A stretch of 62,388 nucleotides of DNA from an uncultured Anaerolineaceae bacterium (GTDB lineage Bacteria > Chloroflexota > Limnocylindria > Limnocylindrales > CSP1-4), in assembly GCA_964477545.1 (NCBI GenBank), contig CAYZEJ010000002.1, forward strand, positions 1-62,388, written 5' to 3'. The translations under genes and the position numbers were made by a program. Shown here one piece after another: positions 26,406-34,730 of this stretch (positions are counted from its first letter, which is position 1; the number at the start of each line of letters is the position of its first letter). The notes under the pieces were generated by a model. That model was not told where the DNA came from, made no database searches, and saw only the letters and a list, made by a program, of their open reading frames with translations.

Positions 26406-28060
26406 TTGCGCGGCGGGCAGGGCGGCGCGTTTGGCCGCGTGTCGGGCTCCGGCTCGGGCTCCTCGAAGATGTTCTGCACCTTTTGGCGGATGCCGCTCAT
26501 GCTCCCGAGGCTCGACAACCTGCCGGGCGCGAAGTCGTACCTGTAAATCCGGTCGGCATCAATGCGCGATGCGGCCTCGGCCAAATAGGGAATGTCCCCG
26601 TCGCTCCACGTGAGGTACAGGTTCTCCTGCGCAACCTGGAGCAAAGCCGGGATGTGCGGCAGCAGGCCGAGCGGGTCGAGCTGCTTTCTGACCTGCGTGA
26701 GCACGTACTGCTGGCGGCGGGCCCGGTCGTAATCGGAGCTCTCATGCCGTGAGCGCGAGTAGGCAAGCGCCATCTCGCCATCGAAGAACTGGCAGCCCTT
26801 GGCGATGTCGATCTCCATCAGCTGGCCGGTGGACGTGTGGTAGACGTCGTCGTGGAGCTTCTGGGGGACGTCCAGCCACACGCCGCCGTAGCAATCGGCG
26901 TTCGTCAAAGCGACGCGGACGGCGCGCGCCGGGCAGGTCGGCGGCAGGTTGTCCACCACGGACACGAACCCCTTCAGGTTGACTGCGATGATTCCGTCGA
27001 TCTGGACCGCGGTCATCTCCTGGATCGTGCCGACGAGCGCCTGCCAGGCGCGCGTGCAGTCGAACTGCTGCGGACAATCCTGGCCGCTGACACCTTCTGA
27101 ACCGGGGAACTCGGGGCGCTCGGCGGCGCGGCGCCACAGCGCGTTGAGCATGTCGGGGAAGGTCCCGTTCGGATAAATGCCCGCGCTCTCAGCCGGTAGC
27201 GGGATGCGCAGCCAGTCCGGGTAGCGTGAGTCGCTGCCGGAGGGTCCGCAGCTGCGGTCGATCGACGGCGTGCACATGTTGCGCGGGAAGCTGAACATCG
27301 CGGCCTTGCCGGCCTGGATGTCGACCGTCATCAGCAGCATCGTGTCGGTGCGCAGGCTGTTGTCGTCGACGCCAGTGTCAGAGCGTGAGTCGGTGCCGAC
27401 AATGAGGATGTTCAGCCGGTTGTCCTGCGCCCAGCCCGGCCACGTGGCGAGGTCGATGGGAGGCAGAGGCGAGCGCGTCGGCTGGGGCGTTTGGCGGCCG
27501 GGCGAGCCGCTCGGACCGGGCGTGCCAACATCCGGAGTGAAGCTCGCTGTCGGGCTCGGAACGGGCGTCGGTGTTTGCGGTCCAGGAGTGGTCGGCGCGA
27601 TCGACTGGACGCTGAACGAGTGGATCGGGTTCGGGCGGTTGGGGTCGAAGATCGACGACATCGTGTTGTGGACCTGGACGCCGTAGACCTCGGGCAAGCC
27701 GTGCAGCACCAGCGTGAGCGAGACGAGCGCGGCGAGCACGATCGGTGCCGCTCCACTGAACCCGGGGCCCCTATAGCGCTCGCGCTGGGCAACCCCATAG
27801 GCGTCGAACATGGCCGCGAGGTGGTAGAGGAAGAAGGCGACGTTCAGGGTCAGCAGCGCGAGCCGCTTCTGAGGGCTGCTGATCAGTCCGAGCATCGCGT
27901 TCTGGCCGCCCAGAAGGATGCCCACGACCGCGACCACGAATACGAACATCGGGATCGCCCACAGGAGGCCCCTGCGTGGCTGGCCGGCGTAGACCTGGCC
28001 GGCACCCGGAAACAGGAACGAGAGAAGCGCGGCGACGGCCGGCGACGGATTAGAAGTCAT
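26402..28060 (-). CDS. LytR-CpsA-Psr (LCP) family protein with N-terminal multi-TM region
   Basis: Track ORF with 3-4 N-terminal TM helices, a Pro/Thr linker and the LCP core LNILIVGTDSRSD...LRTDTMLLMTVD. Confidence 0.8.
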   Translation of the reverse strand: MTSNPSPAVAALLSFLFPGAGQVYAGQPRRGLLWAIPMFVFVVAVVGILLGGQNAMLGLISSPQKRLALLTLNVAFFLYHLAAMFDAYGVAQRERYRGPGFSGAAPIVLAALVSLTLVLHGLPEVYGVQVHNTMSSIFDPNRPNPIHSFSVQSIAPTTPGPQTPTPVPSPTASFTPDVGTPGPSGSPGRQTPQPTRSPLPPIDLATWPGWAQDNRLNILIVGTDSRSDTGVDDNSLRTDTMLLMTVDIQAGKAAMFSFPRNMCTPSIDRSCGPSGSDSRYPDWLRIPLPAESAGIYPNGTFPDMLNALWRRAAERPEFPGSEGVSGQDCPQQFDCTRAWQALVGTIQEMTAVQIDGIIAVNLKGFVSVVDNLPPTCPARAVRVALTNADCYGGVWLDVPQKLHDDVYHTSTGQLMEIDIAKGCQFFDGEMALAYSRSRHESSDYDRARRQQYVLTQVRKQLDPLGLLPHIPALLQVAQENLYLTWSDGDIPYLAEAASRIDADRIYRYDFAPGRLSSLGSMSGIRQKVQNIFEEPEPEPDTRPNAPPCPPRN

Positions 28061-28173
28061 CTAGAAGGTCAGATCCCCAGCGGAGAGTTGTCGAGCGAAT
28101 CTTCCGACTGTGTCGGAGCGCCGAGTCTACGTCAGAACGACGAACGGATCCGTTGGCGTGCTGCGCCGGACCG

Positions 28174-28644
28174 CTATTGGGCGATGTGCAGGGTGCCGAC
28201 CATGTCCGTCGGGTGGACGTCACACCGGAAGAGGTAATCGCCCGGGCTCGCAGGCGTCGTAAAAGTCACCGAGCGGAGCTGGTTTGGTCCTGTGACCTTC
28301 TCCGTGGCACCCAGCGAAGGGGCGTTCTGGTCCGGGCCGTTGAAGAAGTTGATGTTGTGCTCGAGCGAGCTGTTGTTGTTGTACTGGACGGTCACGAGCG
28401 TGCTTGGCGAGGCGTCCAGCGTCGCGGGTACGAATGCCAGAGGGTTGTCGTTGTTGGTCGCGACCTCGATCAGCAAGCCCGCGGGCGATCCACCCGGAGT
28501 CGGCGCGGACGAGGTACCTGGGGTCGGGCCGAGCGGCGCGTACGTCCAGCCAGGACCAGACCCGGAAGCGCAGGCAACGACGGCGACCGCCGCGATCGTG
28601 GCCCACGCGGCGCGCGCGAGGACGGACGGTGAAGGTCTATGCAT
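28174..28644 (-). CDS. Cupredoxin (plastocyanin/azurin-like) copper-binding lipoprotein
   Basis: Track ORF with lipobox VVACAS and type-1 copper ligand pattern HNINF ... FRCDVHPTDMVG (Cys-x2-His-x4-Met). Confidence 0.8.
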   Translation of the reverse strand: MHRPSPSVLARAAWATIAAVAVVACASGSGPGWTYAPLGPTPGTSSAPTPGGSPAGLLIEVATNNDNPLAFVPATLDASPSTLVTVQYNNNSSLEHNINFFNGPDQNAPSLGATEKVTGPNQLRSVTFTTPASPGDYLFRCDVHPTDMVGTLHIAQ

Positions 28645-28689
28645 GGCCGCATTCTTGCCGATTGCGAGCGCAGCCGTCGGATCGGTCGG

Positions 28690-31600
28690 TCAGGCGCGGG
28701 CTGACCGCGAAGAGGCTGCGACGGCACTCGGGTCGTCGGGCACGAGGCCGAGCCTGATCGCCATGCCGGCCGCCTCGGTACGTCCACCGACACCGAGCTT
28801 CGAGAGGATGCGCCGGACGTGAACCGCAACGGTGCGCTCGCTGATGAAGAGACGCTCGGCGATCTCGCGATTCGTACGTCCCTCGGTGAGGACGAGCAGC
28901 ACCGAGTTCTCACGTGGGCTGAGTCCGAAGCGAGCCTCTGCGGGCGATAGGCCGCCGCTTCTACCACCGACCCGTACACCGAAGTCAACTGGCTTCTGCC
29001 GGCCCGGCCCGACCGCGATCAACTCCTTCTGCTCGACCTCGATGGGGATGGCCACGACATTCGTCTCAGGAAGCGGGATGCGGCCGCGGACAGAAAGGTC
29101 GCGCAGCGCACGCTGAAGGGGCGCTGCTGGGAGATTGCTACAGATACGCCACGCCTCTGTCAGGGCCTTGCGCGCTTCGGCACGCCTTGCACGTACCGGC
29201 AGCGCCGCCTGTGCCTGCCACCAGCGCGCCTTGGCTGCCTGGTACGGGATGGGCACCTTCAACCATGCCTCGGCGAGCTCGGCCCATGTCTCGGGCTTCG
29301 TCTTGCCGCGCACCCTGTCGGCGTGCGCCCGGGCCATGGCGAGATGAAGCTCCGCCTCACGCCGCGCACCGACGGTCGTGGGCAGGTCCCAGCCCTTGAG
29401 CGCCCCTTCCGCGACGGCCATGACTCGCCCGGCGAGCTCGCCCGCGTCCGCGACTTCCGACCAGTCGCGCTTCAGGCGGCCACGTTCAGACGAGGCTGCG
29501 CAAGCCTCGAGGACGGTCGAGGCGGCGTACGCGATCTGCGCGGGATCCGCCGTTTCCTGGACGCGCTGCCAGCCCTGCTCCGCGGCGTTGCGCGCGTCGC
29601 CCAGCTCACCGCGCCACAACGCATCGCTTACGGCCGTGCGCAGGACGAGCGCCGACCATTGGCCCGCGGGCACGGTGTCGAGCTGCAACAGCGTCTGCCC
29701 GACAAGTCGGCGGGCCTCTTCGTCGGCGCGCGATTCAATCAGCACGAGGCCGAGATAGAGGGTCGGGCTGAACCACGCCACTCCGGCCGGCGGGAACTCC
29801 ATAGCCGCCCTGCATTCGGCTTCGGATTCTGCCCAGCGGCCGAGCTGGAACAGGATGTCCGCAGCGTTTCCACGCAGGAAGGCGCCGTAGGTCAGGCCGA
29901 GGCCGCTACGACTCGCCTCCGCGATGCCCTCCTTGACCACCGCCAGCGCCTCCTCTCGCCGCGAGTCGAGGTCGAGCAACGTCGTGCGGTTGGCGTAGCA
30001 GCGCATCACCTCATCGAGCCTGCCGACATCTCGGGCAGTCGCCATCGCCTCGTCGAGCAGAGCCAAGCCGGTATCGATATCGCCCATCCAGCCCAGGTCG
30101 ACCGCGAGCGTGTCGCTGGCATGAGCCAGCGCAGCCAGGCCCTCCGGACCAGCGGCTCTGGCGGTCAGACGAGCATCCTCGGCGACGAGCGCGCTGTCGG
30201 CGAATCGCCCGTCGAGCATCAGACCCTGGGCGAGAGACGCGAGCGCCTGGGCGCGCACTGCCGGCGCCGACTCTGGCGCGAGTTCGACCGCCCGCTCGAA
30301 AGCTTCCTGAGCGCCTACCGGATCGCCCCCGCCACGCCGATAGTGGCCCAACTGCTCGCTCAACTCGGCCGCGGTCGACCGTGCCACGAGCCGCGCTGCC
30401 GCTTCGTTCTCGGGAACGGTCCGCGTCATCAGGCGCTCGACGCGCCCGCCTGCGACCCTCTGGAGCGCCTGCTCGACATATGCCGCAGCACGGCGGAAGG
30501 CGACGGCCGCTGCCGCCGCGGAGGCAGCGGCCGTGAGCAGATCGACGTTGGCTTCCTGATCGCTCTCGCCCAGTTCAAGCGCAGCGGAGTAGTGGCTGAA
30601 CGCTGTTTCGCCCGGCTCGAGCTCCTCGGCCGACTCCGCCGCGGCTATGTGCGCCTCGCGAGCCTTCGCGGGACGACCGGCGCGCTGCCAATGCCACGCC
30701 GCTTCGGCTGGCTCGTCCGCCAACAGCTCGGCCAGGGCCGCGTGCAGGCCACGGCGTTCAGCGGGTAGTGTCGAGGCCTCGATTGCCTCAGCGCACAGAT
30801 CGTGGACCAACGACAGGCCAGCATCCGTGGAAACGGCCAATCCACTCGCCACGGCTGCTCCACTCGCGTTCCGGGGCAGGTGGCCGTCGGGCAATCGCAA
30901 CAGGCCCATGCTGGCTTCCGAGATCGGCCGACGCGCAGCCGCAAGGACCTTCAGGCCGCGCACAGCGGCTGCCTCGAGTTGGCTGACGCGCGCGTGCAGG
31001 ATCTCGTCGAAGGGGTCTGACAGCCTGAGGCCGGCAAGCTCGGCTTCGGCCGCCACAAGCTGACCCGCGAGCAGCGGGTTGCCGCGCGCGCCCTCGGTCA
31101 CGGCGGCCACGAAACCGAGAGTGGGCCGCTCGCCCTGGAGGCTCTCTACGAGCGCGGACGTTTCGTCGCGTGACAGCGGCTCGAGGGTCAGACGCTCAAC
31201 GGCCGGGCTGTCATCAATCTCCTGGATCAGGCCAAGGGCGGGATGCCCGCGCGGCAGCTCGTCCGTGTGGTAGCCAACTATCAACATCAACGGCAGGCGC
31301 CGTCTGACGCGCAGCAGTGCGCTAACGAAGCCTCGCGTGGCCGGATCGCTGTGTTCCAGGTCCTCAACGACCAGGAGCAGCAGATTCTGGGCAGCAAGCC
31401 TGGCGAAGACCGCAAAGAGGCTCTCGCGGACCCGTGCCCCGCGCTGGTCAGGCGCGTCCAGGCGCGGCGACCTCGCTTCAACATCCAATCCCTCGAACCG
31501 ATCCGCGAGCTCGGGGATGAGCGTCACCAGGTCGTGAGCGCCTGAGCCAAGGAGTGTCGCGAGGCGGTCTGTCGCCACGCCGCCCAGCGTCGTTGCCAAT

Positions 31601-31830
31601 GCATCGCGCAGAGCCCCATAGGGCACACCGGAAGTCGGCGCGTGGCAGCGCGCGCGGCAGATCGTCACGCCGGCTGATCGGCCGAGACGCTCCGACACCT
31701 CGTCGATCAGGCGCGAAATACCGATACCGAGCGGCCCGGAAAGCGCCACGCGGGTTGGCTCCCCCTCTGCGGCGCGCTGGAGGGCCGAGCCCAGCACGTC
31801 CAACTCGCGTTCACGACCAATGAACGCCAT
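28690..31830 (-). CDS. Large ATP-binding LuxR-family (LAL/MalT-like) transcriptional regulator
   Basis: Track ORF 28690..31941 trimmed to Met38 (MAFIGRERELDVL, the typical LAL N-terminus). P-loop region SGPLGIGISR. Long TPR-like middle. C-terminal LuxR HTH LSPRENSVLLVLTEGRTNREIAERLFISERTVAVHVRRILSKLGV. Confidence 0.85.
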   Translation of the reverse strand: MAFIGRERELDVLGSALQRAAEGEPTRVALSGPLGIGISRLIDEVSERLGRSAGVTICRARCHAPTSGVPYGALRDALATTLGGVATDRLATLLGSGAHDLVTLIPELADRFEGLDVEARSPRLDAPDQRGARVRESLFAVFARLAAQNLLLLVVEDLEHSDPATRGFVSALLRVRRRLPLMLIVGYHTDELPRGHPALGLIQEIDDSPAVERLTLEPLSRDETSALVESLQGERPTLGFVAAVTEGARGNPLLAGQLVAAEAELAGLRLSDPFDEILHARVSQLEAAAVRGLKVLAAARRPISEASMGLLRLPDGHLPRNASGAAVASGLAVSTDAGLSLVHDLCAEAIEASTLPAERRGLHAALAELLADEPAEAAWHWQRAGRPAKAREAHIAAAESAEELEPGETAFSHYSAALELGESDQEANVDLLTAAASAAAAAVAFRRAAAYVEQALQRVAGGRVERLMTRTVPENEAAARLVARSTAAELSEQLGHYRRGGGDPVGAQEAFERAVELAPESAPAVRAQALASLAQGLMLDGRFADSALVAEDARLTARAAGPEGLAALAHASDTLAVDLGWMGDIDTGLALLDEAMATARDVGRLDEVMRCYANRTTLLDLDSRREEALAVVKEGIAEASRSGLGLTYGAFLRGNAADILFQLGRWAESEAECRAAMEFPPAGVAWFSPTLYLGLVLIESRADEEARRLVGQTLLQLDTVPAGQWSALVLRTAVSDALWRGELGDARNAAEQGWQRVQETADPAQIAYAASTVLEACAASSERGRLKRDWSEVADAGELAGRVMAVAEGALKGWDLPTTVGARREAELHLAMARAHADRVRGKTKPETWAELAEAWLKVPIPYQAAKARWWQAQAALPVRARRAEARKALTEAWRICSNLPAAPLQRALRDLSVRGRIPLPETNVVAIPIEVEQKELIAVGPGRQKPVDFGVRVGGRSGGLSPAEARFGLSPRENSVLLVLTEGRTNREIAERLFISERTVAVHVRRILSKLGVGGRTEAAGMAIRLGLVPDDPSAVAASSRSARA

Positions 31831-32815
31831 GCCCGAAGGATACGGTGGTCTGGTGGATACTTGTGAGGTGCGGGAAGGTACCGAGAGGCCGCGAACGCAG
31901 GCTGCGGTGCGCGCGGACAACGGGCACGTGCATCCCGACAACTCGCTGAACGAGCTCTCCGGCGAGGAGTGGCTCTACTTCACGAAGTCGCTCTGGACGA
32001 CGGCTTATCCGTCCGAGCTGGGCCACGCGGCGCGCAAGGCGCATGGCGCGAACAAGCCGCCGAGGTTGATGGCCAAGCTGATCGAGTTCTTCACCAAGCC
32101 AGGTGAGCTGGTCCTGGACCCGTTCGCGGGCGTCGGCGGCACGCTGCTCGGGGCATCGATCTGTCGCTCCCCGCGGCGCGCACTGGGGTTCGAGATCGAG
32201 CCGCGTTGGGCGGAGGTCTACGACAGTGTCGTTAGCTCCGCGCTGGCGGCGCAGAACGGAGATGCGTCGCTTCTGGCGGACCTGGGCCAGTCTGACCCCG
32301 GCGGCGGAAGGGGTTTCGATCCGTCCGGCGCGCGACTGGTCATCGGAGACGCGGTGACGCTTTTGGCTGGTCTCGAAGCGGCGTCAGTCGACTTCGTGGC
32401 GACCGATCCGCCCTACAACCCGCAGCTGCGATTGACCATGGCGGGCGGGAAGCTGGCCGAGCGATTCGCCAATCGGCGAACCGACTACGCCATGGTGACC
32501 GCGGATCCGGCCGATCTGGCGAACAGCGCGACCTATGACGAGTACCTGGACAGGATGGAAGGCGTGCTCGCGGAGCTGCACCGCGTCCTCCGGCCCAAGC
32601 GCTACGCGACGGTCATCGTTCGCGACGCCTACCAGGACGGTCACTACCGCTTCACGGGCGCGGACCTGGCCGCGCGCGCCGAGCGAGTCGGTTTCGTGAC
32701 TAAAGGGGATCTGGTCTGGTATCAGGCCGGCTCGCGCCTACGGCCGTACGGCTACCCGCGCGGGTTCGTCCCGAACATCGTCCACCAGCACATCCTGGTG
32801 CTCCGCGCCGAATAA
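31820..32815 (+). CDS. N4/N6 amino-methyltransferase (DNA methylase N-4/N-6 domain-like), orphan
   Basis: Track ORF with HGANKPPRLMAKLIEFFTKPGELVLDPFAGVGGT (AdoMet motif I region) followed by SVDFVATDPPYN (motif IV). Start uncertain: ATG 31820 and 31829 overlap the divergent LAL start; in-frame GTG 31928 is an alternative. Confidence 0.75.
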   Translation: MNAMPEGYGGLVDTCEVREGTERPRTQAAVRADNGHVHPDNSLNELSGEEWLYFTKSLWTTAYPSELGHAARKAHGANKPPRLMAKLIEFFTKPGELVLDPFAGVGGTLLGASICRSPRRALGFEIEPRWAEVYDSVVSSALAAQNGDASLLADLGQSDPGGGRGFDPSGARLVIGDAVTLLAGLEAASVDFVATDPPYNPQLRLTMAGGKLAERFANRRTDYAMVTADPADLANSATYDEYLDRMEGVLAELHRVLRPKRYATVIVRDAYQDGHYRFTGADLAARAERVGFVTKGDLVWYQAGSRLRPYGYPRGFVPNIVHQHILVLRAE

Positions 32816-32817
32816 TC

Positions 32818-32832
32818 AGGAGCGGGGCTCCT
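32818..32832. terminator. Small hairpin between convergent methyltransferase and M20 genes
   Basis: aggagc-ggg-gctcct. Very short loop and no clear T-run, so support is weak. Confidence 0.25.
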
Positions 32833-34006
32833 AGGTCCCGTTGAGGAGCCGCGCACGCAGCTGCCCGTCCGCGGCGGCGTCGATCGCGGTCCAGGCCAGG
32901 GCCACGGCACCGTCGAAGATCGCTCTGTCCGCGGCGGGCGAGGCGGCGGCCGCGGTGAATTCGGGCTGATGGTTGACCGCCGGCGCCGAGTCGATGCCGA
33001 TGATCGGATGGATCGAAGGCACGACGTATGAAACGTTGCCCATGTCCGTCGAGAAGCGCGTCATGAGTAGTCGAGAGGGATCCGGCGGCATGTCATCGAC
33101 GAAAGTCCGGCCGAGCGCCTCGGCGTTGGCCCGATACAACCCCGTCAGGTCGCGGTCGTGGATCATGTCGGCATAGACGATGTGCTGCTCGAGAGTGAGC
33201 GCCGCACCGCTGGCCGTGGCTCCCGCCTCGAAACAGCGCAGGACCTTCTGGCGCAGCTCGTCCATTCGTGCGACTGACGCGGCCCGGATCATCCAGCGCC
33301 CCTGGACCTTGGCGGGAATAATGTTCGGTGCCTCGCCGCCGACGGTGACGATGCCGTGAACGCGATCCGTGGGCAGCAACGCCTGACGCAGCAATCCGAT
33401 GGCGACCTGGGCAACGACCATTCCGTCGGCGGCGTTGATGCCACGCTCGGGAAAGGCGCCGGCGTGCGAGGGCAGCCCCGTGTAGGTCACATCGATCGAC
33501 TGCGCGGCGAGGACCTCGGGCAGCAACTGGTCGTTCGGACCCGGGTGAACCATCAGTGCACAGTGGACGCCCCCGAAAGCGCCCGCGTCGATGAGCTGCT
33601 GCTTGCCGGCGCCGCCCTCCTCTGCGGGAGTGCCGATCACCGTAACGCGCATACCGAGCTGTTCCGCCACGGCCGTTAGCCCGACCGCCGCCCCAACCGA
33701 CGAGGCCGCGATCACGTTATGGCCACACGCGTGGCCAACTTCGGGAAGGGCGTCGTACTCGACCAGCAGAGCCACGTTGAGCGGGCCGGGACCGGAGGTG
33801 CCGATGACCGCGGTCTCGAGCCCGCCGGCGCCCCGGGTGACGGCAAAGCCTGCCTTCTCGAGCCACTCGGCTACCCAACCCGCCGCCATGCGCTCCTCGT
33901 AGCCGAGCTCCGGGTTGGCGTGGATCCAGTGGCTGAGGCCGACCAGCGCCTCATTGGCCCGCTCTACTTGCTGTCGGGCAGCCGCCTTTGCATCGGTCGT
34001 ATCCAT
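32831..34006 (-). CDS. M20D-family amidohydrolase (aminoacylase / aminobenzoyl-glutamate hydrolase-like)
   Basis: Track ORF with HANPELGYEE, GHACGHNVIAA and GTPAEEGGAGK, which are typical M20D metal-site segments. Confidence 0.85.
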   Translation of the reverse strand: MDTTDAKAAARQQVERANEALVGLSHWIHANPELGYEERMAAGWVAEWLEKAGFAVTRGAGGLETAVIGTSGPGPLNVALLVEYDALPEVGHACGHNVIAASSVGAAVGLTAVAEQLGMRVTVIGTPAEEGGAGKQQLIDAGAFGGVHCALMVHPGPNDQLLPEVLAAQSIDVTYTGLPSHAGAFPERGINAADGMVVAQVAIGLLRQALLPTDRVHGIVTVGGEAPNIIPAKVQGRWMIRAASVARMDELRQKVLRCFEAGATASGAALTLEQHIVYADMIHDRDLTGLYRANAEALGRTFVDDMPPDPSRLLMTRFSTDMGNVSYVVPSIHPIIGIDSAPAVNHQPEFTAAAASPAADRAIFDGAVALAWTAIDAAADGQLRARLLNGT

Positions 34007-34015
34007 CGGGTGGAA

Positions 34016-34091
34016 TGGTAGGGGAGCCTGGATTCGAACCAGGGACCGGGCGGATATAAGCCGCCTGCTCTAACCACTGAGCTACTCCCCC
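34016..34091 (-). tRNA. tRNA-Ile with anticodon UAU (encoded CCA)
   Basis: The reverse complement folds as a 76-nt cloverleaf: acceptor GGGGGAG/CTCCCCT, D arm GCTC-AGTGGTTA-GAGC, anticodon arm GGCGG-CTTATAT-CCGCC, variable CGGTC, T arm CCTGG-TTCGAAT-CCAGG, discriminator A, CCA. Confidence 0.85.
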
Positions 34092-34364
34092 GCGCCGAAA
34101 TCGTACACCGGCCCGTTGCGCCGCTCGCGGCCGGAGGAGTTCTGAACTGCGTGGCACCCTGGTCGTCACCGATGGGGCTAAACCCTCTGCACGTCCACAT
34201 TTGGGCGGTCTCGAGTCCCTGATCGAGCCGCGCCACGCTCGGAGACCCACGTAAAGCGACCGAAGGTCCTCTCATTAGTCCACGACCGACGATTAGTGGG
34301 CGGCGTGACGATCCGGGTGTCACGGACGGCCCCTGCGCGTGCACTGAAGGCCGACGCTGGGCCA

Positions 34365-34730
34365 TCAGCCGCTGGGCAGCACCTGGAAAACGACTACCAG
34401 CACCAGGTATGCGATGGGCACGGATGCGAAGAACCCAAGAATCGCGGCCCATGCCGACCGACGTCGGACGCCCGACGCACCCGTGGGCAGCTCGACCCAC
34501 AGGTAGGTCAGCGCGCTTCCAGCCACCACAACGAGAGCGATAAACAGCACGATCAGCGGCGCCATGGACGCCCCGGGGTTGAGCTTCGCATAAGCGAACA
34601 GGAACGCCCCACCGAGTGCGGCGATGGCGAGGTTGGCCAGCACAGCGCGCAGAACCGGTGGCGGCGGGTTGCGCAACTGGCGCCAGCGAACGGCGAGCCA
34701 CGAGCGCGACTGCGGGTTCCGGCCGCTCAT
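34365..34730 (-). CDS. Small integral membrane protein (3 predicted TM helices), function unknown
   Basis: C-terminal 121 aa of track ORF 34365..35375, starting at ATG 34730. ATGA overlap with the upstream aminotransferase-fold gene. Hydrophobic segments AVLANLAIAALGGAFLFAY, LIVLFIALVVVAGSALTYLWV and AAILGFFASVPIAYLVLVVVF. Confidence 0.55.
   Translation of the reverse strand: MSGRNPQSRSWLAVRWRQLRNPPPPVLRAVLANLAIAALGGAFLFAYAKLNPGASMAPLIVLFIALVVVAGSALTYLWVELPTGASGVRRRSAWAAILGFFASVPIAYLVLVVVFQVLPSG

Noticed and set aside
31820-32815. Restriction-modification system around the methyltransferase.
   Set aside because: The flanking genes are a LAL regulator and an M20 amidohydrolase. No endonuclease, specificity or helicase-like ORF of credible composition lies on either side.
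34092-34364. 273-nt gap between the small membrane protein gene and the tRNA as a possible ncRNA (SRP RNA, 6S, tmRNA, RNase P).
   Set aside because: I could not find the conserved cores of any of these, such as the SRP domain IV GGAA/AGCA motifs, the RNase P GAGGAAAGUCC, or a tmRNA tRNA-like end. The stems present are no better than expected for GC-rich DNA. The region probably holds the tRNA promoter (TACGAT box).
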